Positions 38,401-51,824 of a stretch of DNA of 64,000 nucleotides are shown here, piece after piece. Origin of the DNA: Yuukianura sp. NJ FZ-2021 (Eukaryota); NCBI GenBank assembly GCA_046563655.1, contig CM102289.1, positions 8,246,001-8,310,000 of the forward strand, in the 5' to 3' direction. The notes under the pieces were generated by a model. It was not told the DNA's origin. It saw only the letters and a program-made list of their open reading frames with translations, and ran no database searches. The translations under genes and the position numbers were made by a program. Numbering within the stretch: position 1 is the stretch's first letter; the number at the start of each line of letters is the position of its first letter.

Positions 38401-40379
38401 AAGGATAATTGTGATGGAAAAGTACAGAGAGAATTTTGATGTGGACATCTTGAGTGTATTTGGCTAATTGAAGACTCAATTAACCACTTTAGTGCAGAAA
38501 TTGGTTCTATTCGTATCATACACATGTAAATATCATCCACTTTGTTAATTATGGTCAATCAAAGGTTGTAACAAAACCACAATTCTATGATGGAAACCTG
38601 AGTACATGCTTCATGTAATAAGTTGGAAACCACGATAATTGTTCTGGTGAAAAGAAAAGAGAAAAAGGCCATGGGCGATTGCAATGGTAATGGCTTGTGT
38701 GGTTTCGGTTTCATCTCAGAAACCAAATTGGTGTTTCTAAAAAATACATGTCGAAAGTAAGCGAGTCAAGTTACATGCTAACTGTATACTTGTAAGTCCT
38801 ATTACGATTTCTTTATACATGGTAAAATTGTTATTATGACACTAAAAGTTATAAAATTTACTGCTGGAAGCAGTCGAATTTTGATTGCATTTTGATTTCA
38901 TGGTAGGATTTGGATTTGCGCTTACATGAGCAACAATTTTGACGTACGAAGTTTTAAAAAAAAAATTTAATCCAGTTTATAAAATTTGGGGAAAAGAGTA
39001 TTATACAATTTTCTGAAAAGAGAAAGCTAATATGGAAATTTTGAAAAGCAAATGACGGCAATTTGTTTTTGCTTAGAAAAAAAAATCCAATTTCCTCTCC
39101 AGCTTTTATTTCCAACCGAAATTACTCAATTTCATTGACAGTCTCCACATTCTCTTTTTTGATGTTTTCAGCAAGTCTCCGTGACTCTACTCAAATTTCT
39201 TGCAGAGACTCTATGTCGTTACACTCTCCATGTTATTACAGTTGCTGTCTCTTTGCTTTCTCCTCCAGTGCTTTTATCTTCCAGCCTTTTCTTGTCCAGC
39301 CTCATCGCAATCTAGTCCAACCTTTATGCTCATATCAAAGTCATTGTCTCTTTTTCTTTGTCATTGTTACAGGAATCACAAGAAAAGAAAAGAGCGGGAG
39401 AAAGTAAAAAATCAAGAAGATGCAATTGGTCTACTGGGATGGCACGTAGCAGTTTCTGCCAAATTCGCACTTCAAATTCATATGCCCTCAGCTTCAGGAA
39501 AAAAAGTCCATGATTTTTGAAATCATGGAGCCAACATGAGCGCGCCAAGTTCATTAAAATTCAAAAAAGTCCCTTCGGCTTCCCATTTTAGGTAATATTA
39601 TACCAAAATCAGCAGAGTTACCGCTTGTTTTCAAAACTTACTTTAGTAATTATTTGTATGCGGACTTGGTGAAGGTTTGGCGCTGCATTTTGAAATGTTC
39701 TGAGCGACATAATCCGTAATGTGCTTGAACTACAAATGGAGCTTAGAGGGAGATGAGGTTCCTAATTAAACAAAGTCTACAGACTGTCAGATCCAGTCAT
39801 GTGAGAAGTGATAGACTCTGGAAAGTGTTAATCAAGCGCTGAAGCACAACCTACGCTGTTTTCCTTTCCAATCTCTCGTGATGTATTGTTTCAAAGATTT
39901 TCGATTTATCTTAATTTAGACTCAAGATTTGTCAAATTTTGAATTGTCATTTATCAAATTCCAGGCGTCTATTTGTTCTAAAAGTGTTTCGTGCAATTTT
40001 ACAATTTGGTTTTAACACAATTCTGCTAAAAACAAACGATTCTGGAAACTTTTTTTTCTGAAAAATTTTCTTTTAAAATTTTCTAGAATTGAATTTTATG
40101 ATCTAAATTTTTCACGCATTTCACTTTTCACGCCCTCAGATTTAAAGAAAAGTTCAAAAAAAAACTTTCCTTTTTAAAAAATTAGTTCAAGTGCGTACGA
40201 AACTCTGCCGGTAGTTTTACAAATTGTTAAAAAAAAGTTTCCCGGGGGCCAACTAATCCTCGGAATTGTGTCATTTTGTTACAGTTCTGCGACCTGAACT
40301 CAGGAAAAAGTTTCTGGAGAAAGTTGGTAGTGCTTGAAACCAACTCATCCAGGATTTCTGGATTAAGTTTCTCCAGAAC

Positions 40380-43300
40380 ATGGGTCCTTCCAGGAACATC
40401 TTCGTTGTGACCGTCATAGCCCTCTGGTCCCAAGGCTATTGTTTCCGAGATTCCAGGCCCACCGCCTATTTATACCTGTCATCAACATCATTTCCTCTGC
40501 TCCAGGACGCTCCAGAAGTTCCTCTTCAGACATCATTAGCCTCCCTCCACCCGCCCTGGCCTCAAGGTCATGACCCCGAGCCTACTACCCGCCCGCCCCC
40601 GCCTTCCAGAGGACCCGCCCTGCCTCCGATTCGGGAGTCCCTCTATATCGTCATTCCAATGACACTCATTTACTCTGTAATCTTCCTTACCGGGTTGATT
40701 GGCAACATAAGTACCTGCATTGTGATTTCAAGGACAAGGATTCTGCATAGTGCCACAAATTACTACTTGTTTAGTCTCTCCATTTCTGATCTCCTTTTGC
40801 TCCTGTCCGGACTTCCGCAGGAAATGTACTCAATATGGGTCCGATATCCGTATATTTTTGGAGAAGCGTTTTGCATTATTCGGGGAGTTGCGGCTGAAGC
40901 GTCAGCGAATGCTACGGTTCTTACTATAACGGCCTTCACTGTCGAACGCTACGTCGCCATTTGTCATCCACTCCGATCTCATAAACTATCACAACTCACA
41001 AGAGTCGTAAGGATCATCATTTCCATTTGGATTGTGGCTCTGGCCCTGGCTCTGCCACAAGCAGCTCGGTTTGGCCTCGTAGATGAGGTAAGAAGCCCAA
41101 TAAATCTTGCGAACTAATTAAACTACAGAAGTCTTCAGAAAAAAATGTAGCCTAAAAAAAAGTTTCCATGTGTATTATTTGTCGATTTGGAAACTACGTC
41201 TGCGCATGTGTGGTTCAAAACAAGCCAAGCCAAAAACTCAATCTCAGCGTAAAAGTTGCATTAATTCTAAGATTTATTGCAAAGACGAGAGAAGCTTGAC
41301 GAATTGAAAGTTATTTAGAAACATGCAATTTTAGACAAGCCAAAAAAAATTGTTTTCCAAATTTTTCAAAAGTTTCTCAAAAGTAATGATTTTTTAGATT
41401 TTCTTTGAAGTTCTGCAACGAAAAATCAGACTCAGCATTTTCGGCATTGCAGTTTTCAGAATTCTGGCTAATTGCTGTTTTTGTTTTTCGAGAGTTTATT
41501 GCCTAACGTTAATTGTTTTTTAGAAAACAATTAAGGTTAAAAAAGTTAGTTAATTTCTTAGAAACACTAGTTGTCAAAGTCATTGCCACTTTCTGTTGTT
41601 CCCTTGTGAATAAATGAACTGCTCTTTTAAGTTATAAACTGTGTGAACTCTGAACCCTGTGATCTTGCACTTGTTTTTGGAATAAATCTTGGAAGAGTCC
41701 CTAAGGGGGCGGAGCAAAAGAGAAAGCAAAAGAAAGTTAATTAAAATGTTTCGTCGTCTAGTAAATTAAAATGGAACAAACCAAAGTTCAATTAGGGCCT
41801 CAATTGTTACCAAGAAAAAGTTTTCCGGAAAATGGGAAATGTAATTTCATGTTCTTTTGACCAATTCTAAACATTTTTTTAGTACAAGTACTAAACTAAG
41901 GCCGCAGTTCCAGTCTTTAGCTTTGAAATTTAGAAGTTAGTTTAGCTGAAACTGCCTTTGAAAAAGTTTTTGTAGACATTATCTTGATAAATCTAAAAAT
42001 AATCTAGATCCCATCTAAAGACTTTTCTAGTGCGAGTGCAGAAAATTGTCAGTGAAGTCTCTGTCAACACCAGAAGAACGAAAATAAAAAAGTCCAAGTG
42101 TGTGAAAACACACAAAGAAAATACATTTTTCTTGATTCAGCAAAAATTGAAGAAAAAATTTGCTCACTTTCTTTTTGAAACAACACGGCTAAAAGCGTTT
42201 TGTTTTCAAACGATACAAACATGAGCCGCTGACGAGCGGAGTTTCAAAAAAAGTTGGAGAATTTTGAAAATATTTGGTTTCACAAAATTTTGATTTTTTT
42301 TTAAATGTTTAGATGGACGATGGTGTTGTGGTGATTGAAGGTGCATGGTGCAGTATCAAGCGAGAATTCATTCCGTACGCCTTTGAAATCTCAATTTGCG
42401 TTTTCTTCGTGATTCCAATGACAATCATAACTGCTCTCTACGTTCTGATTGGCATGAAACTTCGAAAGTCGCGCCGTGGACCGAGCAATGCCAACCAAGA
42501 ACTTACAGTGGAACCTTACCGTTATGCCCACGCCAGACATTCCCAAACTCATGTCATTCGTATGCTAGGTAAGGCCTTACTCCAATTTAATAATATGATG
42601 TCCCACTCAGCACAATGCCAACTGGACAGTAGCTTTTCCTACGATAACTGCATTTTGAATTTTCAAAATTTCCGCTCCTGTCAGCAAAACGCAATTTATC
42701 TTTGTCTGAATCTGAAACCTAAAATAAGCTGCAAAAAGTGGGTTTCACATTCACAAAATTCTATTTTCTACGCAAATTCCACGAGGAGAGAAAAAAAAAG
42801 GGAAGAAATATTGTTATTGACAAAACTTCTGAAGGTCTTAAACTCCGATGCGGTAAACTGATTGTGGAAAGGCATTCAATTCCATTAAGAAATTGGAATC
42901 GGAGAATGAAACAAGGTTTATCGAAAAGATTTGAAATGTTCCACTCCAAAATCTTTTCTTCTCGTTTTCTCCGTTTTTAGAGCTTTCTCCACTATGTATG
43001 ATACCTTGGGAGGTGAAAGTCGATAGTGCACGAGGGTGCAATTCCAGAATATTTTAGTTTCTCCAAAGTGATATGTGGAGGTATAATCAATTCGCTGAGG
43101 AAAAAAGCGCCCTTCAAATAGAAAATCAGTAAAGTTTACCATAAAAGTCCAAAAAATATTGACTAAAAGTAAAGTTTACTCCCACGTTTCACGTGTTTCA
43201 TTCATTAGTTGCGACAACAGTTCAATTTCACAAATTAAATTTCATCACCATTTTTAACTTTAGCGAAAAACAACAACAAAAATTTTGAGCGTCAATATTT

Positions 43301-46300
43301 TTTTTTGATTTTGGCATGTAAAGTGTGGATCAAAAATTACAAGAAGCGATTTACGAGAAACTTGTTTTACAAATCGTCTGAATCTAAAAATAACAAATCC
43401 TCAAACCGCAAAAAAATCCAAAGGAATCGAAAATGAAGAAAGAAGTAAATCTTTAAAGGCTTTTTTTGAACCTTCGAAAAAAATCAAAATAAATGAACTC
43501 ATAAAATTTGCTTCCCATTTTCAAAAATTATGACTTACAACAAATGCATATCAGAATCAAAATTGACTAAAAAACTAAAAAACAACGAGATTGGAAAAAG
43601 TTGAGCCATGGCCTTAACACTTATGTTGGTGTTGATTGAAACGTTTCCAAAAGATGAGATGTTGATAGACGCGGAAGAGTAGGCTATTACAAGGTTCAAT
43701 AAACATATTTTTTAACTTTTTGAAAAACAAATTTTGAGTAAAAAAAATTGAAAAACTTATCCTCAAGGTTTATGACAATGTCCATTAAAGACAGTTTATG
43801 ATGATGGTGTTTTGGAAAGAATTTTCTTGGCGTGTCTGGGAAATCAAAATATGACGACAGTTGTGGAGGAAGAATCCACAAATTTTGATTTAAGTGGCGC
43901 TGAACTCTAAACTTTACTTAAGAAAAACAGAATTTCATTTCTGACTTTCACAACTTGGAAACTAAAATACCAAAATTTTTTGAAATGATCATTATCCACG
44001 TCAGTTTTTTCTGTCTGTTTCTTGTTTTTCTGTTTCTTGTTTAGTCTAGACACGTCGAAACACGCAGTTTCAAATTTAGAAAAAAAATCTTCTAAATTAA
44101 ATTCTTGTACCATTGTTCTCCCAAGTTGGTTTTTGAAATTTCCCGTGAATCGTAAATTCAAAGAAAAGAAGGGAATTGTTAGTAGAGCGGAATGAGCGAT
44201 AGCATTGCGTTTCTTCACAAAGTTTTCGAGGCAGTAATTTTTGCTACTGAAAATAATAGAATTATTGCATCTCTCACTTAAGAAAGTTTAAAAATCGATG
44301 CCACGAAACCAAAAAACGAACGCAATAAATTGGTCTCAAAAGGGAGTCCCTTTAAGGGACCTTAAAGCTTTGAACTAAAAGTTCAGACATGAATTCCAAC
44401 AAACAATGAAAACCTAAAATATTGTACTCAAAACCAAGTTGTTAACTTTTGTTAGACTAACTTTTAAGCAGAAACATAACTTTTCATTGTAATGTAAACT
44501 TTGTGGTGAAGTTTACTTTCACTTAGGGTGAAAGCACAAACTTTGGTTACAAAAACATGTGTAACACAAATCCGGAATGACTTATTAGCAAAATCAGGCA
44601 AAAGTTGTTACATTCTAAGCGCCTTTACAATCCCCATGAGATTAGATTGTTAAAGACTTTGCCAAAAATGAACAAAACGTATGTAAAATTTCAAAACTCG
44701 GGTGTCAAAAAATGTCAAAATTTTGTGTCAATTTTAAAGAAAACCGTATGGTCAGCACTTCAAGAATAAAAACATACAAATGCTCAAGTGCTATTTATTT
44801 TTCCATTTTGAAGGTTTGAGTGTTAAAAAGTGAAGGTTAATGGAAAAAGTGGTCACGAAATTTCCGTGCCAAATTTGGACATGCGTTGGAAAGTAAAGTG
44901 TTTCGTTGTTTGTATAGTGTCGGTGGTGGTTGCGTTTTTCGTGTGCTGGGCTCCATTCCACTGTCAACGTCTCCTTGCAATTTATGCTCAAGGAACACAG
45001 TCCAGAACTCTGGTGGCCATTTATGACTTGATCACCCACGCCTCAGGGATCCTGTACTACCTCTCCACTTGTATCAATCCAGTACTCTACAACATCATGT
45101 CCAATAAATTCAGACAAGCATTCAAAGTAAGTTCACAAAAATCAGAAGAAAGTCGGAGTTATGGTGACAGGGAACTGTGCCAAAATTCCGGAAGAGCCTC
45201 GACTACTGCCTCCTTTTTTACATTTTGAAATAACTTTAAGCCTTTCTTACCATAGAGGCTGAAATTCTTAAATTTTTATGCACAGCAAGTTTATTTTGAC
45301 ACCAAATGGCATGCACCTTCTGTTTTTTAACTAAAAGCTATGAATGATTTTCTTTCATCCGAAGATTTTGGTCAAATCGTAAAAAAAGCTAACAAAAGTC
45401 ATATCATTGACTGTTGAGTGTAATGCACGCCTCGTAAACCAAAAATTTTAGTTTTTTAGTCTAAAAGTTTTTCTAAAAATCTCCAGTCAGATTGTCCCAT
45501 CAAAAGTTAACAGGCGTCAGGAATGTCAGAAATCAAAAGAATAAAAAATTTATGAAACTTTTACAATAACTTAGCCTAGCTGTCCAAAAGAAGCTGAGAA
45601 ATCAATGACTCGGCTTATTTCTAGTGTTAAAACTTTATTTCCTCGAATTGGAATTCCAAAATCCTGCGGTTTCCTCACTTTCGGCATTTCCTGATATTAG
45701 ATTGTTAGTCCCCCGGAAGTGTAATATTGGCGCTCTCCCCTTTCTCCGGAACGCAACCGTGGATGTGGTAAAAGTGAAAGCAATTTTGAATGCAACTTGC
45801 CGCAAGCGGTTACAATTTCGGTTTTAATTAGCGACATCATTTTTGAGCGGGACACCTCCAAGCGAAAATGCAATCGTTAACTCATTTGTTATGTCTAGCA
45901 CCAAAAACGCCCAGAGGTAGAGACAATTCATCCTTACCAGACATGCCAAAAATATTTAGTTTCCATACCTGCAATGCTACAAAATCAATATTTCAGGTCT
46001 CTTTGTTGCTCAATATTTATTTATTTTCACGTGCCGTTAATATTTTTCCCGTTAATGTTTAGTTAGTAAATATTTCAAGCTCTCCCAGTAAACATTGTAT
46101 TTATTTAAATATTTCGCAAGTTTTCAGTAAATATTTTTGGCAACCCTGATCCTTCCAAACCTAACCTATCGTACTGCGCCTGACTGAATGAATCATCATG
46201 AATAACAAACTAACAATCTAACCGTAACACTCTAATTCTTGTAAAAAGTGAAAGTTGGAGAAAGTTCAAAGGTGAAACTTCATTTTTTCTGCTACATTGC

Positions 46301-47985
46301 ATGTCATTGTTCAACATCTGAAGTTCGTGAGTACTTGAGCAGCTTTTTGCAATAAAAATGACACTGAAAAATTTAGTTGCATCAATCGCTGTCTCCAGCG
46401 ATGGTGTGGCTCTCAGTTTTAAGCTGCTGAAGACGTGCTGCGACTCAATAAAACTTTTAGGTTTAAAACAGTGTACTTTCCAAAAAGAAACTACGGGAAA
46501 ACACATGTCCGAAAATAGGTTCTCTAATGTCGTCGACAAGCTACGCATTTTTTGACAGAACCCAGGAAATGTCACTCGCGTTCGACTCGTTGTGCATATA
46601 TCAGAATTTAGAGTTCACATTTATTAAGTTGCTGGTCTTTTTGGTAATAAATTCCAATTACAACGGACTTTCTCCTCCTGCTAAGCCAGTTTTCAACAAA
46701 ACCAGAACTTTTTAAACTTTTTAGCAAAAACTGTCACTCTATAAGTTTTGACAATTGCTTTCCTTTGCTAAGCAAATAGAAGCTAAAAACTGGAAAATGG
46801 TTGTCATGTCCTTCTGCAATGTGCAATGTTGTGCTCCATTTTCCTACTTTGTGACGTGAGTGGCGTTTCCTGATATGGAGAAAGTTGTTTCTTGTTTGTT
46901 TACAAAAGGAATCAGTGTGTTTTCTACTTTCTCTATAACCTAACATTAACCTACCCTAAAGTTAACCTGAGCGCGAAAACATAACTTCTTAGTTCGCAAA
47001 GTCATTTTTCCAAGCAGATATCCAGCCTGAACCGGATAAATATTCCCGAAAATTTTGTTGTTTCGCGCCAAGTCACATATTTACAAACCTTTGAATTTTT
47101 TTTGTGATTAGGATACTTTAACTCAAACTTGTTCCAAACGACGCACACGCGGACCTCATCATCGCACGTACTCCTTAGCGTCTAATCGCTCGAGCCGAAT
47201 GGGCGTTGGACTTGCACCGAATCACTACTTGGGTCAGAGTCTGCGCCGCTTCGATACTTGTCTCAACTGTCGTCATACTCCCAGCATGTGTTCGTGTCGC
47301 GGCAGTTCTCGGAAGTTTGTTCGGAACTACTCCTCTCCAATTCCAGTTGAAACTCAACCACTTGCCGTGTGTGCTGTAGATTCATCCATTTCAGTGTCAC
47401 CTTACAGAAATAATTCTTCAGCTGAGGTCAACATCCCACTGGCGTCACTTCCCGGATCCTATCACAGGTCATTTTCTCAATATACTTGCAAGTATTTCCA
47501 GTATCACTCAAGTATTCAATTAAGTTCTAATGACTCTCATTTCCTGAAGCCAGGGACCAGCAGCGATTAAGCCCAGAGTAGGCACGATGAGTGGAGCAAT
47601 TAGGCCCAGGAGAGGCGGCATTCGGATATTGTTTGTTGAAGGAGGGAGAAAGAAGAATCGCTTCCTCAGAATTATCCAGCGCAAGCGCAATCCAAGCGAT
47701 CCGTGCTGCGGAGATCCAAAGCTGATTGAGCAACGAACTGCGATTGGTCGGAAGCGAAGGGCAAAGTCTTATGATGTTCGGCCGAATGTGAAACATGCCA
47801 AAGGTCACGGGGTCACGCAAGGTCATCAGCGTGACTGGGGTGAGTATTCTGGACGTGGCAGTGTCAATTCTGAGTCGTCGATAAGCAACAGCAGCCTCCA
47901 AGACTTGGATGAAACGGAATTCACGAGTGAAGAACTTGCAGTGTGCTTGGCCGAAATGAAACAAGCTCTCCAGTACATCTCCTAG
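40380..47985 (+). CDS. PRXamide (pyrokinin/PBAN, neuromedin-U-like) neuropeptide GPCR; exons approx 40380-41087, 42313-42568, 44918-45126, 47112-~47491, ~47550-47985
   Basis: GLIGNISTCIVI; HSATNYYLFSLSISDLLLLLSGLPQE; PYIFGEAFC; ANATVLTITAFTVERYVAICHP; VVAFFVCWAPFHCQRLLA; SGILYYLSTCINPVLYNIMSNKFRQAFK; C-terminal SISNSSLQDLDETEFTSEELA resembles PK/PBAN receptor long tails. Confidence 0.93.
45938..46148. mobile_element. Non-autonomous hAT-type MITE (211 bp) in GPCR intron 3
   Basis: Left end CAGACATGCCAAAAATATTTA versus right end reverse complement CAGGGTTGCCAAAAATATTTA (18/21). Flanks ATCCTTAC (45930-45937) and ATCCTTCC (46149-46156) form a 7/8 target-site duplication. The interior is AT-rich with recurring AATATTT. 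Confidence 0.8.
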
Positions 47986-49154
47986 TCCTAAAAATATCAA
48001 AAAGTCATTTATTTTAAAATTCATGTCAAAGGTCACAACATGCTTTTATCATGTGTTCTTAAGACTTACCAAAATTTCAAAAAATCCTGCCAATTTTTGT
48101 AAAAATCGAACCCTCTAATTTTCAAATTTCAACGTCAAGCCATCCAAAACGTTACCTTTTCGTTTTCTTTCAAAACTTATTTAAATGCTACTCTACTAAA
48201 AATTGAAAAAACGCCAAAAAATATTTAAAAAATTCAAGTAAACGCGCAAAATTCCAGAGTTATAAGTGGTGCTCGATGTTAATAAAACTAAAAATTGAAC
48301 TTCAAAAGGTCAAAGGTCAACAGACGCCAACGTCAAATGTCACTGTCATAATCTTCTGCTAAAAAGCTTTGACACTAATATGAACAGAGGAAGTGATTCG
48401 TAATTTCATTTTTTTTTCGTGGCTGCAGGGAATTGAGTGCCAGTCTCAATTATTTAATGTCATGAAATGTGACTAGCAAAGTGGTTAAGTGATCCAATAG
48501 TATTTCCTAAAAATGATAGTCTATGTCTATAAGTAACTATTATTACAAAGTGAGAGGCAGCAACAGTTAACATCACTCGTAACATGACATTACGACGACA
48601 TGTAGTGAAGTATTTAACTTCTACACATGCACAGTTGGCAAATTGCCTACAAAAAAGATTGAATATGTTTGAACAATTAATTGTAATTGAACACTAATTT
48701 CTCAATTAATCAAGGTAAGAACATAAATGGTTGCATGTAGGACATAACTGATAGGAACAACGTTGAAGATCAAGAAGTTGCAACAATTATGGCTCTCAAA
48801 ATGGCTAAACTCTGCACATCACTAACAAAATGGAATAATTTTCTAACAATCTTTAAACGTTTTTCTAAATTAACTGAATTATTGTCATCCTCAATCGTAT
48901 TGTCAAGATTCTAAACTCATAATTTTAACTTTGTCAAAGATTAGTGATTATGTAATGTTTGAAGCTTCACAAATTACACGGAATGCACCAATGCACCTTA
49001 CAGAATTTAAACATGAGTCTTAAAAACTTTATCACCTAATTTTTTCTTAGGAAGCTTTTGTAAAGAACTTTGTCAACTTTTCCTATTGTCTGGCTCAATA
49101 CAAGATGACGATGATAATTCTGTGATGATGGTAAGAATGAGATTAGGCAAGAAG

Positions 49155-50422
49155 TCAATGTCTTGCCGGGGTGTTATGAATAGCCTCTTCATGCTTCTTT
49201 GTCAATTTGTGTATTCCGAGTTCATCCAAGATGGTCATCAAATAGGCGTTCCCACCCAGAGAACTTATCTCATTGCGAATCTCCAACTGAAGTTTGTTGA
49301 GCGCAGACTCAGTGTACTTCAAAGATCCAAACTTGTCCAGAAGAGTGACAAAGTAGCGTTTCAAGTCAAGATTCTTCGTACGCTGTTTGAGAATGCTGAA
49401 GATTTGTTTATCCTCCGGGTTGTTTTGAATGGCATGAATAACAGGAAAGGAAAACTTGCCTTCGGTAATGTCTTCGCAATAACTTTTGTTTTCGCAGTAC
49501 TATTTTGAAAAAAAAGTTAGTACAAATGCGAATTCAGAAATAAACTAATATTTTATAGCTTTTCGAACCTCGGTGGAAACCAGATTGGCATAATCGTCGC
49601 GAATTTGGAAAAACAGTCCAAGTAAGGACACAAGCTTCTTGAGATCTCGTTGATCGTCGCTGAACAATTGCAACAGCCTGATTGCCAGCATGAACAAGCC
49701 TCCAGTTTCTACAAAAAACATTAGAACTCTACGTCCCAAACCATAAAACTTCTAGATCAAAGTGTAGCAAAAACGTACTGTTGACGATGGTTTCACGAAA
49801 TTGTGCCTCTGTCGGGCACTGGAATGCATCTCGCCAGTATATTTCCATACCTTGACCTCTGTGTAAATCCAAGAGCTGTTCCGTAAACACACGCACAGCC
49901 TGAAAAAAAGGTTAAGGTTATTTAACTGGTTCTTATATGCATTTAGAATGTGAGAAACTGATGGTAATCTGTTCCAACTAGTAACCTGCGGATGATTCAA
50001 AGCCAAAACACGTTCAAGTGCAATAAAATACGCATAATTGGCGGAGTTGATGGTCTCCGGAACTCCAAATATTGCGTGCGCAACTGGTTGTCCCCTTCTC
50101 AACTCACTTCCGTCCTGAATGTCATCAATCCTGTTTCAGAGAATCAGGAATTTGTTAACGAAAACTTCATAAGATGATAAGAATTGTATTTGGCAGTGCC
50201 AAATTGGCAGACTTACAAAAGAGATGCATTGTGTAGTAACTCCACAATGTCGCACACCTTTTCCAAAATGGCAGACTCAACATGAAGCCATGAATTGAAG
50301 GCAAAGGCAAGTTTGGAGCGAATTTGTTTCCCCGGGAGGGAGCAGATGTAATGAAACGATTGGAGAAGAATTGTGTCATCGGCAGGATTCCCTGTGCTGC
50401 TTTCCAGGAGAGTATCCCGCAT
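49155..50422 (-). CDS. GGPS1: Geranylgeranyl pyrophosphate synthase (quemao/GGPS1), 5 exons
   Basis: [86 protein letters not shown]. Confidence 0.96.
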
Positions 50423-50725
50423 GCTGCTTCCGTTAGTTAGAGCCAGTTTTTCTTTATGTTACACACGCTGGTACTAAAATAAGAAGTTAATGACCTTAAG
50501 TTTCGCTTTGCGCGGAAAACTTTTTGTAAAGTTTACGCTTTGATGGTTTCACCGGCATTAAATACTTCGGCGTCTTCTCGAATGTTCTTGTCGTCGGCCT
50601 TCTCGTTGTCACAAAGGTTATGGCCCGCTCGTGGACTTTGTCAGTGGAAGATAAAGATAACCTAATATTTCAAGAAATAATGTTAGATGTCTGTCATTCA
50701 TTTCATTACTGACAACATTAAAATA

Positions 50726-50840
50726 AACTGTCAAATCTTGGTTATATAATTTGACTTGGAATTGCAGCATGACACAATGCTGCTCGTTAGTCACAGCGTG
50801 TACGATAACTGTCAAATCTTGGTCAAATTATATAACCAAG
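50726..50840. repeat. Overlapping 17-bp direct repeat and 19-bp perfect inverted repeat
   Basis: AACTGTCAAATCTTGGT at 50726-50742 and 50807-50823; CTTGGTTATATAATTTGAC (50737-50755) and GTCAAATTATATAACCAAG (50822-50840). Confidence 0.85.
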
Positions 50841-51824
50841 GTCTCGCTGTTATCTTACAGCGCTACAGTTAGGTCCGTTTCCGAAAGTTCAATTATAAAA
50901 TGGCCCAACTAAGCACCAAATTTTGGTAATAAAACTACACAACTCAGAGGACCGGACGACAGACACCACTACATCTTCTACAAATGTAATTATGTAAGAT
51001 GCTGTTGAGATACTCACCTGTGACGTGTGACCAGTACCACTTCTCGGCGATTACTAATTATGTTTACGTCGACTACTTAGGTTAGGACTAAGGTGACGAT
51101 GTTCTTCCTCGAGTACGGTGACTTCAATGAGTCGTCACTGACTTATCGTATAGTGTGAACCGGAACTCAAGAGTCATCGTCACCTGATCTGTCAAGTTCA
51201 ACTTCTCGTTCTTCTCTGGTTCACTTCAATCGATCGCACATGACAATCAAGGAAGAGAAAAAAAATCGGAGTTTTTTTTTGGATGTAGTCGGGGTTTTTG
51301 TGTATTCATTTGAACTGATACAACTAAAGAAAAAACACAAGGGAGATTCCTATATGATATGAGTAATTATTCTTAAAAATGTTAATTTACCAAATTTTAA
51401 ATTGAAATTTGTTTTAGAAAGTCAACGTTTTGTTTTAGGTAGTTCTGTTGTAAATTGAAATAATTTTAAAAATTCCGCCAAAACGAGACGACGTTTAGTT
51501 GCTTCGGGTTTAAATTTTCCCGCGAAGCAATTGGTGCCCATGACCCAGTTTTCTTTGTCTAAATTTGTTTTTTGAGACAAAATTTAACTTTTTATAACTC
51601 TTGGAACTTAATTAGTAATCAAAACTAATTACTATCTCCTTGAATGTTGCATCTTAGCCTTCATGAATCTTCATGATGTAAGAAGCAAACTCCACATCCA
51701 CAGTGCTAACATCTTTCGACTTTTTATCGCGAATCTTGATTTTAGTAAGTGGTTGATTTGAATCTTAATTAAATTCCAGATTTATATTCATACAATCAAA
51801 TCAAACTGATAATAATGGACCACA

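Noticed and set aside
29439..39554. Many 60-114 aa ORFs in the gene desert
   Set aside because: F/K/L/N-rich translations typical of AT-rich non-coding DNA, with no motifs or coherent exon chains.
47488..47560. Possible fourth GC-AG intron (T|GCAAGT) in the GPCR tail
   Set aside because: The exonic context is poor, and canonical GT donors at 47468 or 47492 with the AG at 47549 restore the frame.
47527..48036. 169-aa minus-strand ORF
   Set aside because: Antisense shadow of the last GPCR exon, with no independent motifs.
16555..50422. ICMT and GGPPS as a prenylation gene cluster
   Set aside because: They are more than 30 kb apart with many unrelated genes between them; probably coincidence.
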